A DNA stretch of 64,000 nucleotides from Auanema rhodensis (taxonomy: Eukaryota > Animalia > Nematoda): the NCBI GenBank assembly GCA_964057225.1, contig OZ059894.1, positions 20,708,001 to 20,772,000 of the forward strand, written 5' to 3'. Shown piece after piece: positions 1 to 11,170 of the stretch. Within the stretch, counting starts at the first letter, position 1. Every line of letters begins with the position of its first letter. The translations under genes and the position numbers were made by a program. The notes under the pieces were generated by a model. That model had not been told where the DNA came from, did not search any database, and worked only from the letters and a program-made list of their open reading frames with translations.

Positions 1-351
1 ATGTACACTCAACATTGCTTCCAAAAACATTTTGACAAAAATTTTTTCGAAAAATTTCGAAATAATTTAGCAAAAAGTAGATGTTTTCAGATTCCATTTT
101 TCAAGGCAAAGACGATGGACAATGTTATTCAACGAAAAAATTAATTCTTCAGGGTGAAAATCGAGGATATAAGTGTGAACTTATATCAATTGATATATCG
201 GTGCATTTTTAAGCTAGCGCAAATCTGATAACACAGATCGACGCAGCTTCAAAATCCGCATCGAATGCACTATACTACATTGAGAAACGCTTAATACAAA
301 AATTAGTTATGATCGTTTGAAAAATGATGCATTAGTGTATGTTGAGTTTCC
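1..351 (+). repeat. Reference 351-bp monomer (arbitrary phase)
   Basis: Bases 1-351 are followed by a near-identical copy at 352. The unit has an A/T-tract-rich part (pos ~20-145) and a more GC-rich, dyad-rich part (pos ~160-270). Confidence 0.98.
166..187. other. 9-bp inverted repeat with GTGA (GNRA-type) loop, present in most monomers
   Basis: GATATAAGT-GTGA-ACTTATATC; the arms are exact reverse complements. Confidence 0.9.
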
Positions 352-366
352 ATGTACACTCAACAT
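339..366. other. 9-bp inverted repeat with 10-nt spacer
   Basis: ATGTTGAGT-TTCCATGTAC-ACTCAACAT. An alternative pairing AGTGTA (334-339) / TACACT (355-360) overlaps it. Confidence 0.85.
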
Positions 367-899
367 TGCTTCCAAAAACATTTTGACAAAAATTTTTTCG
401 AAAAATTTCGAAATAATTTAGCAAAAAGTAGATGTTTTTAGATTCCATTTTTCAAGGCAAAGACGATGGACAATGTTATTCAACGAAAAAATTAATTCTT
501 CAGGGTGAAAATCGAGGATATAAGTGTGAACTTATATCAATTGATATATCGGTGCATTTTTAAGCTAGCGCAAATCTGATAACACAGATCGACGCAGCTT
601 CAAAATCCGCATCGAATGCACTATACTACATTGAGAAACGCTTAATACAAAAATTAGTTATGATCGTTTGAAAAATGATGCATTAGTGTATGTTGAGTTT
701 CCATGTACACTCAACATTGCTTCCAAAAACATTTTGACAAAAATTTTTTCGAAAAATTTCAAAATAATTTAGCAAAAAGTAGATGTTTTTAGATTCCTTT
801 TTTCAAGGCAAAGACGATGGACAATGTTATTCAACGAAAAAATTAATTCTTCAGGGTGAAAATCGAGGATATAAGTGTGAACTTATATCAGTTGATATC

Positions 900-966
900 T
901 CGGTGCATTTTTAAGCTAGCGCGAATCTGATAACACAGATCGACGCAGCTTAAAAATCCGCATCGA
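900..966. other. ~67-nt imperfect hairpin (monomer pos 198-264), repeated in each monomer
   Basis: Pairings: TCGGTGC/GCATCGA (one G-T), ATTTTTAAGCT/AGCTTAAAAAT (11 bp perfect in 250A monomers), GCG/CGC and ATCTG/CAGAT, closing an ATAACA loop. Confidence 0.85.
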
Positions 967-3900
967 ATGCACTATACTACATTGAGAAACGCTTAATACA
1001 AAAATTAGTTATGATCGTTTGAAAAATGATGCATTAGTGTATGTTGAGTTTCCATGTACACTCAACATTGCTTCCAAAAACATTTTGACAAAAATTTTTT
1101 CGAAAAATTTCAAAATAATTTAGCAAAAAGTAGATGTTTTTAGATTCCATTTTTCAAGGCAAAGACGATGGACAATGTTATCCAACGAAAAAATTAATTC
1201 TTCAGGGTGAAAATCGAGGATATAAGTGTGAACTTATATCAGTTGATATCTCGGTGCATTTTTAAGCTAGCGCAAATCTGATAACACAGATCGACGCAGC
1301 TTAAAAATCCGCATCGAATGCACTATACTACATTGAGAAACGCTTAATACAAAAATTAGTTATGATCGTTTGAAAAATGATGCATTAGTGTATGTTGAGT
1401 TTCCATGTACACTCAACATTGCTTCCAAAAACATTTTGACAAAAATTTTTTCGAAAAATTTCGAAATAATTTAGCAAAAAGTAGATGTTTTTAGATTTCA
1501 TTTTTCAAGGCAAAGACGATGGACAATGTTATTCAACGAAAAAATTAATTCTTCAGGGTGAAAATCGAGGATAAAAGTGTGAACTTATATCAGTTGATAT
1601 CTCGGTGCATTTTTAAGCTAGCGCGAATCTGATAACACAGATCGACGCAGCTTAAAAATCCGCATCGAATGCACTATACTACATTGAGAAACGCTTAATA
1701 CAAAAATTAGTTATGATCGTTTGAAAAATGATGCATTAGTGTATGTTGAGTTTCCATGTACACTCAACATTGCTTCCAAAAACATTTTGACAAAAATTTT
1801 TTCGAAAAATTTCAAAATAATTTAGCAAAAAGTAGATGTTTTTAGATTCCATTTTTCAAGGCAAAGACGATGGACAATGTTATTCAACGAAAAAATTAAT
1901 TCTTCAGGGTGAAAATCGAGGATATAAGTGTGAACTTATATCAGTTGATATCTCGGTGCATTTTTAAGCTAGCGCAAATCTGATAACACAGATCGACGCA
2001 GCTTAAAAATCCGCATCGAATGCACTATACTACATTGAGAAACGCTTAATACAAAAATTAGTTATGATCGTTTGAAAAATGATGCATTAGTGTATGTTGA
2101 GTTTCCATGTACACTCAACATTGCTTCCAAAAACATTTTGACAAAAATTTTTTCGAAAAATTTCAAAATAATTTAGCAAAAAGTAGATGTTTTTAGATTC
2201 CTTTTTTCAAGGCAAAGACGATGGACAATGTTATTCAACGAAAAAATTAATTCTTCAGGGTGAAAATCGAGGATAAAAGTGTGAACTTATATCAGTTGAT
2301 ATCTCGGTGCATTTTTAAGCTAGCGCAAATCTGATAACACAGATCGACGCAGCTTAAAAATCCGCATCGAATGCACTATACTACATTGAGAAACGCTTAA
2401 TACGAAAATTAGTTATGATCGTTTGAAAAATGATGCATTAGTGTATGTTGAGTTTCCATGTACACTCAACATTGCTTCCAAAAACATTTTGACAAAAATT
2501 TTTTCGAAAAATTTCGAAATAATTTAGCAAAAAGTAGATGTTTTTAGATTCCATTTTTCAAGGCAAAGACGATGGACAATGTTATTCAACGAAAAAATTA
2601 ATTCTTCAGGGTGAAAATCGAGGATATAATTGTGAACTTATATCAGTTGATATCTCGGTGCATTTTTAAGCTAGCGCAAATCTGATAACACAGATCGACG
2701 CAGCTTCAAAATCCGCATCGAATGCACTATACTATATTGAGAAACGCTCAATACAAAAATTAGTTATGATCGTTTGAAAAATGATGCATTAGTGTATGTT
2801 GAGTTTCCATGTACACTCAACATTGCTTCCAAAAACATTTTGACAAAAATTTTTTCGAAAAATTTCAAAATAATTTAGCAAAAAGTAGATGTTTTTAGAT
2901 TCCTTTTTTCAAGGCAAAGACGATGGACAATGTTATTCAACGAAAAAATTAATTCTTCAGGGTGAAAATCGAGGATAAAAGTGTGAACTTATATCAGTTG
3001 ATATCTCGGTGCATTTTTAAGCTAGCGCAAATCTGATAACACAGATCGACGCAGCTTAAAAATCCGCATCGAATGCACTATACTACATTGAGAAACGCTT
3101 AATACGAAAATTAGTTATGATCGTTTGAAAAATGATGCATTAGTGTATGTTGAGTTTCCATGTACACTCAACATTGCTTCCAAAAACATTTTGACAAAAA
3201 TTTTTTCGAAAAATTTCAAAATAATTTAGCAAAAAGTAGATGTTTTTAGATTCCTTTTTTCAAGGCAAAGACGATGGACAATGTTATTCAACGAAAAAAT
3301 TAATTCTTCAGGGTGAAAATCGAGGATAAAAGTGTGAACTTATATCAGTTGATATCTCGGTGCATTTTTAAGCTAGCGCAAATCTGATAACACAGATCGA
3401 CGCAGCTTAAAAATCCGCATCGAATTCACTATACTACATTGAGAAACGCTTAATACAAAAATTAGTTATGATCGTTTGAAAAATGATGCATTAGTGTATG
3501 TTGAGTTTCCATGTACACTCAACATTGCTTCCAAAAACATTTTGACAAAAATTTTTTCGAAAAATTTCGAAATAATTTAGCAAAAAGTAGATGTTTTTAG
3601 ATTCCATTTTTCAAGGCAAAGACGATTGACAATGTTATTCAACGAAAAAATTAATTCTTCAGGGTGAAAATCGAGGATATAAGTGTGAACTTATATCAGT
3701 TGATATCTCGGTGCATTTTTAAGCTAGCGCAAATCTGATAACACAGATCGACGCAGCTTAAAAATCCGCATCGAATGCACTATACTACATTGAGAAACGC
3801 TTAATACGAAAATTAGTTATGATCGTTTGAAAAATGATGCATTAGTGTATGTTGAGTTTCCATGTACACTCAACATTGCTTCCAAAAACATTTTGACAAA

Positions 3901-4177
3901 AATTTTTTCGAAAAATTTCGAAATAATTTAGCAAAAAGTAGATGTTTTTAGATTCCATTTTTCAAGGCAAAGACGATGGACAATGTTATTCAACGAAAAA
4001 ATTAATTCTTCAGGGTGAAAATCGAGGATATAATTGTGAACTTATATCAGTTGATATCTCGGTGCATTTTTAAGCTAGCGCAAATCTGATAACACAGATC
4101 GACGCAGCTTCAAAATCCGCATCGAATGCACTATACTATATTGAGAAACGCTCAATACAAAAATTAGTTATGATCGT

Positions 4178-4369
4178 TTGAAAAATGATGCATTAGTGTA
4201 TGTTGAGTTTCCATGTACACTCAACATTGCTTCCAAAAACATTTTGACAAAAATTTTTTCGAGAAATTTCAAAATAATTCAGCAAAAAGTAGATGTTTTT
4301 AGATTCCTTTTTTCAAGGCAAAGACGATGGACAATGTTATTCAACGAAAAAATTAATTCTTCAGGGTGA
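4178..4369 (+). other. Incidental 63-codon ORF (24 copies) marking the 51G/68C monomer haplotype; probably non-coding
   Basis: Starts at TTG and is open only where T68C changes TAG to CAG. The peptide is rich in K/N/F/I, as expected from AT-rich DNA, and I recognise no domain. Confidence 0.8.
4258..4270. promoter_or_regulatory. Heat-shock-element consensus match (TTCnnGAAnnTTC) in A51G variant monomers; function untested
   Basis: TTC-GA-GAA-AT-TTC at pos 46-58 in about 38 monomers by hand count. The other monomers carry TTC-GA-AAA-AT-TTC (one mismatch). Confidence 0.3.
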
Positions 4370-7300
4370 AAATCGAGGATATAAGTGTGAACTTATATCA
4401 GTTGATATCTCGGTGAATTTTTAAGCTAGCGCGAATCTGATAACACAGATCGACGCAGCTTAAAAATCCGCATCGAATGCACTATACTACATTGAGAAAC
4501 GCTTAATACAAAAATTAGTTATGATCGTTTGAAAAATGATGCATTAGTGTATGTTGAGTTTCCATGTACACTCAACATTGCTTCCAAAAACATTTTGACA
4601 AAAATTTTTTCGAAAAATTTCAAAATAATTTAGCAAAAAGTAGATGTTTTTAGATTCCTTTTTTCAAGGCAAAGACGATGGACAATGTTATTCAACGAAA
4701 AAATTAATTCTTCAGGGTGAAAATCGAGGATAAAAGTGTGAACTTATATCAGTTGATATCTCGGTGCATTTTTAAGCTAGCGCAAATCTGATAACACAGA
4801 TCGACGCAGCTTAAAAATCCGCATCGAATTCACTATACTACATTGAGAAACGCTTAATACAAAAATTAGTTATGATCGTTTGAAAAATGATGCATTAGTG
4901 TATGTTGAGTTTCCATGTACACTCAACATTGCTTCCAAAAACATTTTGACAAAAATTTTTTCGAAAAATTTCGAAATAATTTAGCAAAAAGTAGATGTTT
5001 TTAGATTCCATTTTTCAAGGCAAAGACGATGGACAATGTTATTCAACGAAAAAATTAATTCTTCAGGGTGAAAATCGAGGATATAAGTGTGAACTTATAT
5101 CAGTTGATATCTCGGTGCATTTTTAAGCTAGCGCAAATCTGATAACACAGATCGACGCAGCTTAAAAATCCGCATCGAATGCACTATACTACATTGAGAA
5201 ACGCTTAATACGAAAATTAGTTATGATCGTTTGAAAAATGATGCATTAGTGTATGTTCAGTTTCCATGTACACTCAACATTGCTTCCAAAAACATTTTGA
5301 CAAAAATTTTTTCGAAAAATTTCGAAATAATTTAGCAAAAAGTAGATGTTTTTAGATTCCTTTTTTCAAGGCAAAGACGATGGACAATGTTATTCAACGA
5401 AAAAATTAATTCTTCAGGGTGAAAATCGAGGATAAAAGTGTGAACTTATATCAGTTGATATCTCGGTGCATTTTTAAGCTAGCGCAAATCTGATAACACA
5501 GATCGACGCAGCTTAAAAATCCGCATCGAATTCACTATACTACATTGAGAAACGCTTAATACAAAAATTAGTTATGATCGTTTGAAAAATGATGCATTAG
5601 TGTATGTTGAGTTTCCATGTACACTCAACATTGCTTCCAAAAACATTTTGACAAAAATTTTTTCGAAAAATTTCGAAATAATTTAGCAAAAAGTAGATGT
5701 TTTTAGATTCCATTTTTCAAGGCAAAGACGATGGACAATGTTATTCAACGAAAAAATTAATTCTTCAGGGTGAAAATCGAGGATATAAGTGTGAACTTAT
5801 ATCAGTTGATATCTCGGTGCATTTTTAAGCTAGCGCAAATCTGATAACACAGATCGACGCAGCTTAAAAATCCGCATCGAATGCACTATACTACATTGAG
5901 AAACGCTTAATACGAAAATTAGTTATGATCGTTTGAAAAATGATGCATTAGTGTATGTTGAGTTTCCATGTACACTCAACATTGCTTCCAAAAACATTTT
6001 GACAAAAATTTTTTCGAAAAATTTCGAAATAATTTAGCAAAAAGTAGATGTTTTTAGATTCCATTTTTCAAGGCAAAGACGATGGACAATGTTATTCAAC
6101 GAAAAAATTAATTCTTCAGGGTGAAAATCGAGGATATAATTGTGAACTTATATCAGTTGATATCTCGGTGCATTTTTAAGCTAGCGCAAATCTGATAACA
6201 CAGATCGACGCAGCTTCAAAATCCGCATCGAATGCACTATACTATATTGAGAAACGCTCAATACAAAAATTAGTTATGATCGTTTGAAAAATGATGCATT
6301 AGTGTATGTTGAGTTTCCATGTACACTCAACATTGCTTCCAAAAACATTTTGACAAAAATTTTTTCGAGAAATTTCAAAATAATTCAGCAAAAAGTAGAT
6401 GTTTTTAGATTCCTTTTTTCACGGCAAAGACGATGGACAATGTTATTCAACGAAAAAATTAATTCTTCAGGGTGAAAATCGAGGATATAAGTGTGAACTT
6501 ATATCAGTTGATATCTCGGTGAATTTTTAAGCTAGCGCGAATCTGATAACACAGATCGACGCAGCTTAAAAATCCGCATCGAATGCACTATACTACATTG
6601 AGAAACGCTTAATACAAAAATTAGTTATGATCGTTTGAAAAATGATGCATTAGTGTATGTTGAGTTTCCATGTACACTCAACATTGCTTCCAAAAACATT
6701 TTGACAAAAATTTTTTCGAAAAATTTCAAAATAATTTAGCAAAAAGTAGATGTTTTTAGATTCCATTTTTCAAGGCAAAGACGATGGACAATGTTATTCA
6801 ACGAAAAAATTAATTCTTCAGGGTGAAAATCGAGGATATAAGTGTGAACTTATATCAGTTGATATCTCGGTGCATTTTTAAGCTAGCGCAAATCTGATAA
6901 CACAGATCGACGCAGCTTCAAAATCCGCATCGAATGCACTATACTACATTGAGAAACGCTCAATACAAAAATTAGTTATGATCGTTTGAAAAATGATGCA
7001 TTAGTGTATGTTGAGTTTCCATGTACACTCAACATTGCTTCCAAAAACATTTTGACAAAAATTTTTTCGAAAAATTTCAAAATAATTTAGCAAAAAGTAG
7101 ATGTTTTTAGATTCCTTTTTTCAAGGCAAAGACGATGGACAATGTTATTCAACGAAAAAATTAATTCTTCAGGGTGAAAATCGAGGATAAAAGTGTGAAC
7201 TTATATCAGTTGATATCTCGGTGCATTTTTAAGCTAGCGCGAATCTGATAACACAGATCGACGCAGCTTAAAAATCCGCATCGAATGCACTATACTACAT

Positions 7301-7660
7301 TGAGAAACGCTTAATACAAAAATTAGTTATGATCGTTTGAAAAATGATGCATTAGTGTATGTTGAGTTTCCATGTACACTCAACATTGCTTCCAAAAACA
7401 TTTTGACAAAAATTTTTTCGAAAAATTTCAAAATAATTTAGCGAAAAGTAGATGTTTTTAGATTCCTTTTTTCAAGGCAAAGACGATGGACAATGTTATT
7501 CAACGAAAAAATTAATTCTTCAGGGTGAAAATCGAGGATAAAAGTGTGAACTTATATCAGTTGATATCTCGGTGCATTTTTAAGCTAGCGCAAATCTGAT
7601 AACACAGATCGACGCAGCTTAAAAATCCGCATCGAATGCACTATACTACATTGAGAAACG

Positions 7661-10600
7661 TTTAATACAAAAATTAGTTATGATCGTTTGAAAAATGATG
7701 CATTAGTGTATGTTGAGTTTCCATGTACACTCAACATTGCTTCCAAAAACATTTTGACAAAAATTTTTTCGAAAAATTTCGAAATAATTTAGCAAAAAGT
7801 AGATGTTTTTAGATTCCATTTTTCAAGGCAAAGACGATGGACAATGTTATTCAACGAAAAAATTAATTCTTCAGGGTGAAAATCGAGGATAAAAGTGTGA
7901 ACTTATATCAGTTGATATCTCGGTGCATTTTTAAGCTAGCGCAAATCTGATAACACAGATCGACGCAGCTTAAAAATCCGCATCGAATGCACTATACTAC
8001 ATTGAGAAACGCTTAAAACAAAAATTAGTTATGATCGTTTGAAAAATGATGCATTAGTGTATGTTGAGTTTCCATGTACACTCAACATTGCTTCCAAAAA
8101 CATTTTGACAAAAATTTTTTCGAAAAATTTCGAAATAATTTAGCAAAAAGTAGATGTTTTTAGATTCCATTTTTCAAGGCAAAGACGATGGACAATGTTA
8201 TTCAACGAAAAAATTAATTCTTCAGGGTGAAAATCGAGGATATAAGTGTGAACTTATATCAGTTGATATCTCGGTGCATTTTTAAGCTAGCGCAAATCTG
8301 ATAACACAGATCGACGCAGCTTCAAAATCCGCATCGAATGCACTATACTACATTGAGAAACGCTCAATACAAAAATTAGTTATGATCGTTTGAAAAATGA
8401 TGCATTAGTGTATGTTGAGTTTCCATGTACACTCAACATTGCTTCCAAAAACATTTTGACAAAACTTTTTTCGAAAAATTTCAAAATAATTTAGCAAAAA
8501 GTAGATGTTTTTAGATTTCTTTTTTCAAGGCAAAGACGATGGACAATGTTATTCAACGAAAAAATTAATTCTTCAGGGTGAAAATCGAGGATAAAAGTGT
8601 GAACTTATATCAGTTGATATCTCGGTGCATTTTTAAGCTAGCGCGAATCTGATAACACAGATCGACGCAGCTTAAAAATCCGCATCGAATGCACTATACT
8701 ACATTGAGAAACGCTTAATACAAAAATTAGTTATGATCGTTTGAAAAATGATGCATTAGTGTATGTTGAGTTTCCATGTACACTCAACATTGCTTCCAAA
8801 AACATTTTGACAAAAATTTTTTCGAAAAATTTCGAAATAATTTAGCAAAAAGTAGATGTTTTTAGATTCCATTTTTTAAGGCAAAGACGATGGACAATGT
8901 TATTCAACGAAAAAATTAATTCTTCAGGGTGAAAATCGAGGATATAAGTGTGAACTTATATCAGTTGATATCTCGGTGCATTTTTAAGCTAGCGCAAATC
9001 TGATAACACAGATCGACGCAGCTTCAAAATCCGCATCGAATGCACTATACTACATTGAGAAACGCTCAATACAAAAATTAGTTATGATCGTTTGAAAAAT
9101 GATGCATTAGTGTATGTTGAGTTTCCATGTACACTCAACATTGCTTCCAAAAACATTTTGACAAAAATTTTTTCGAGAAATTTCAAAATAATTCAGCAAA
9201 AAGTAGATGTTTTTAGATTCCTTTTTTCAAGGCAAAGACGATGGACAATGTTATTCAACGAAAAAATTAATTCTTCAGGGTGAAAATCGAGGATATAAGT
9301 GTGAACTTATATCAGTTGATATCTCGGTGAATTTTTAAGCTAGCGCGAATCTGATAACACAGATCGACGCAGCTTAAAAATCCGCATCGAATGCACTATA
9401 CTACATTGAGAAACGTTTAATACAAAAATTAGTTATGATCGTTTGAAAAATGATGCATTAGTGTATGTTGAGTTTCCATGTACACTCAACATTGCTTCCA
9501 AAAACATTTTGACAAAAATTTTTTCGAAAAATTTCGAAATAATTTAGCAAAAAGTAGATGTTTTTAGATTCCATTTTTCAAGGCAAAGACGATGGACAAT
9601 GTTATTCAACGAAAAAATTAATTCTTCAGGGTGAAAATCGAGGATAAAAGTGTGAACTTATATCAGTTGATATCTCGGTGCATTTTTAAGCTAGCGCAAA
9701 TCTGATAACACAGATCGACGCAGCTTAAAAATCCGCATCGAATGCACTATACTACATTGAGAAACGCTTAAAACAAAAATTAGTTATGATCGTTTGAAAA
9801 ATGATGCATTAGTGTATGTTGAGTTTCCATGTACACTCAACATTGCTTCCAAAAACATTTTGACAAAAATTTTTTCGAAAAATTTCGAAATAATTTAGCA
9901 AAAAGTAGATGTTTTTAGATTCCATTTTTCAAGGCAAAGACGATGGACAATGTTATTCAACGAAAAAATTAATTCTTCAGGGTGAAAATCGAGGATATAA
10001 GTGTGAACTTATATCAGTTGATATCTCGGTGCATTTTTAAGCTAGCGCAAATCTGATAACACAGATCGACGCAGCTTCAAAATCCGCATCGAATGCACTA
10101 TACTACATTGAGAAACGCTCAATACAAAAATTAGTTATGATCGTTTGAAAAATGATGCATTAGTGTATGTTGAGTTTCCATGTACACTCAACATTGCTTC
10201 CAAAAACATTTTGACAAAACTTTTTTCGAAAAATTTCAAAATAATTTAGCAAAAAGTAGATGTTTTTAGATTCCTTTTTTCAAGGCAAAGACGATGGACA
10301 ATGTTATTCAACGAAAAAATTAATTCTTCAGGGTGAAAATCGAGGATAAAAGTGTGAACTTATATCAGTTGATATCTCGTTGCATTTTTAAGCTAGCGCG
10401 AATCTGATAACACAGATCGACGCAGCTTAAAAATCCGCATCGAATGCACTATACTACATTGAGAAACGCTTAATACAAAAATTAGTTATGATCGTTTGAA
10501 AAATGATGCATTAGTGTATGTTGAGTTTCCATGTACACTCAACATTGCTTCCAAAAACATTTTGACAAAAATTTTTTCGAAAAATTTCGAAATAATTTAG

Positions 10601-11170
10601 CAAAAAGTAGATGTTTTTAGATTCCATTTTTCAAGGCAAAGACGATGGACAATGTTATTCAACGAAAAAATTAATTCTTCAGGGTGAAAATCGAGGATAT
10701 AAGTGTGAACTTATATCAGTTGATATCTCGGTGCATTTTTAAGCTAGCGCAAATCTGATAACACAGATCGACGCAGCTTCAAAATCCGCATCGAATGCAC
10801 TATACTACATTGAGAAACGCTCAATACAAAAATTAGTTATGATCGTTTGAAAAATGATGCATTAGTGTATGTTGAGTTTCCATGTACACTCAACATTGCT
10901 TCCAAAAACATTTTGACAAAAATTTTTTCGAGAAATTTCAAAATAATTCAGCAAAAAGTAGATGTTTTTAGATTCCTTTTTTCAAGGCAAAGACGATGGA
11001 CAATGTTATTCAACGAAAAAATTAATTCTTCAGGGTGAAAATCGAGGATATAAGTGTGAACTTATATCAGTTGATATCTCGGTGAATTTTTAAGCTAGCG
11101 CGAATCTGATAACACAGATCGACGCAGCTTAAAAATCCGCATCGAATGCACTATACTACATTGAGAAACG
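7661..11170 (+). repeat. Tandem 5-monomer (1755 bp) duplication, with a partial third copy
   Basis: Markers at 7661/9416 (C290T), 8017/9772/11527 (T295A) and 8465/10220 (A41C), plus ORFs 9092/10847, are all spaced 1755 bp. Confidence 0.85.

Larger units (their letters stand above)
1..6669 (+). repeat. Copy A of a block duplicated at an offset of 44 monomers (monomers 1-19; left end lies outside the window)
   Basis: Rare SNPs at 88, 1182, 3627, 5258 and 6422 recur exactly 15,444 bp later at 15532, 16626, 19071, 20702 and 21866. ORFs 4178 and 6284 map to 19622 and 21728. Confidence 0.93.

Noticed and set aside
45-61. CENP-B box
   Set aside because: TTCG-AAAA-A-TT matches only the first part of TTCGNNNNANNCGGG; the CGGG is absent.
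1-351. Tandem 5S rRNA, tRNA, snRNA or spliced-leader gene unit
   Set aside because: The unit length is compatible with such arrays, but I see no 5S, tRNA cloverleaf, A/B-box or known leader sequence. An Rfam/Infernal scan would settle it.
1-351. Identity with Drosophila 359-bp (1.688) or another named satellite
   Set aside because: Only the length and AT content are similar. I recognise no sequence match and cannot run a search.
265-394. Internal ~88-bp subrepeat (351/4) suggested by ACATTG...ACAAAAATT at pos 277-304 and 12-43
   Set aside because: The offsets are inconsistent (86 versus 90), the similarity is short and AT-rich, and it does not extend to the other quarters. No ~175-bp dimer structure is evident either.
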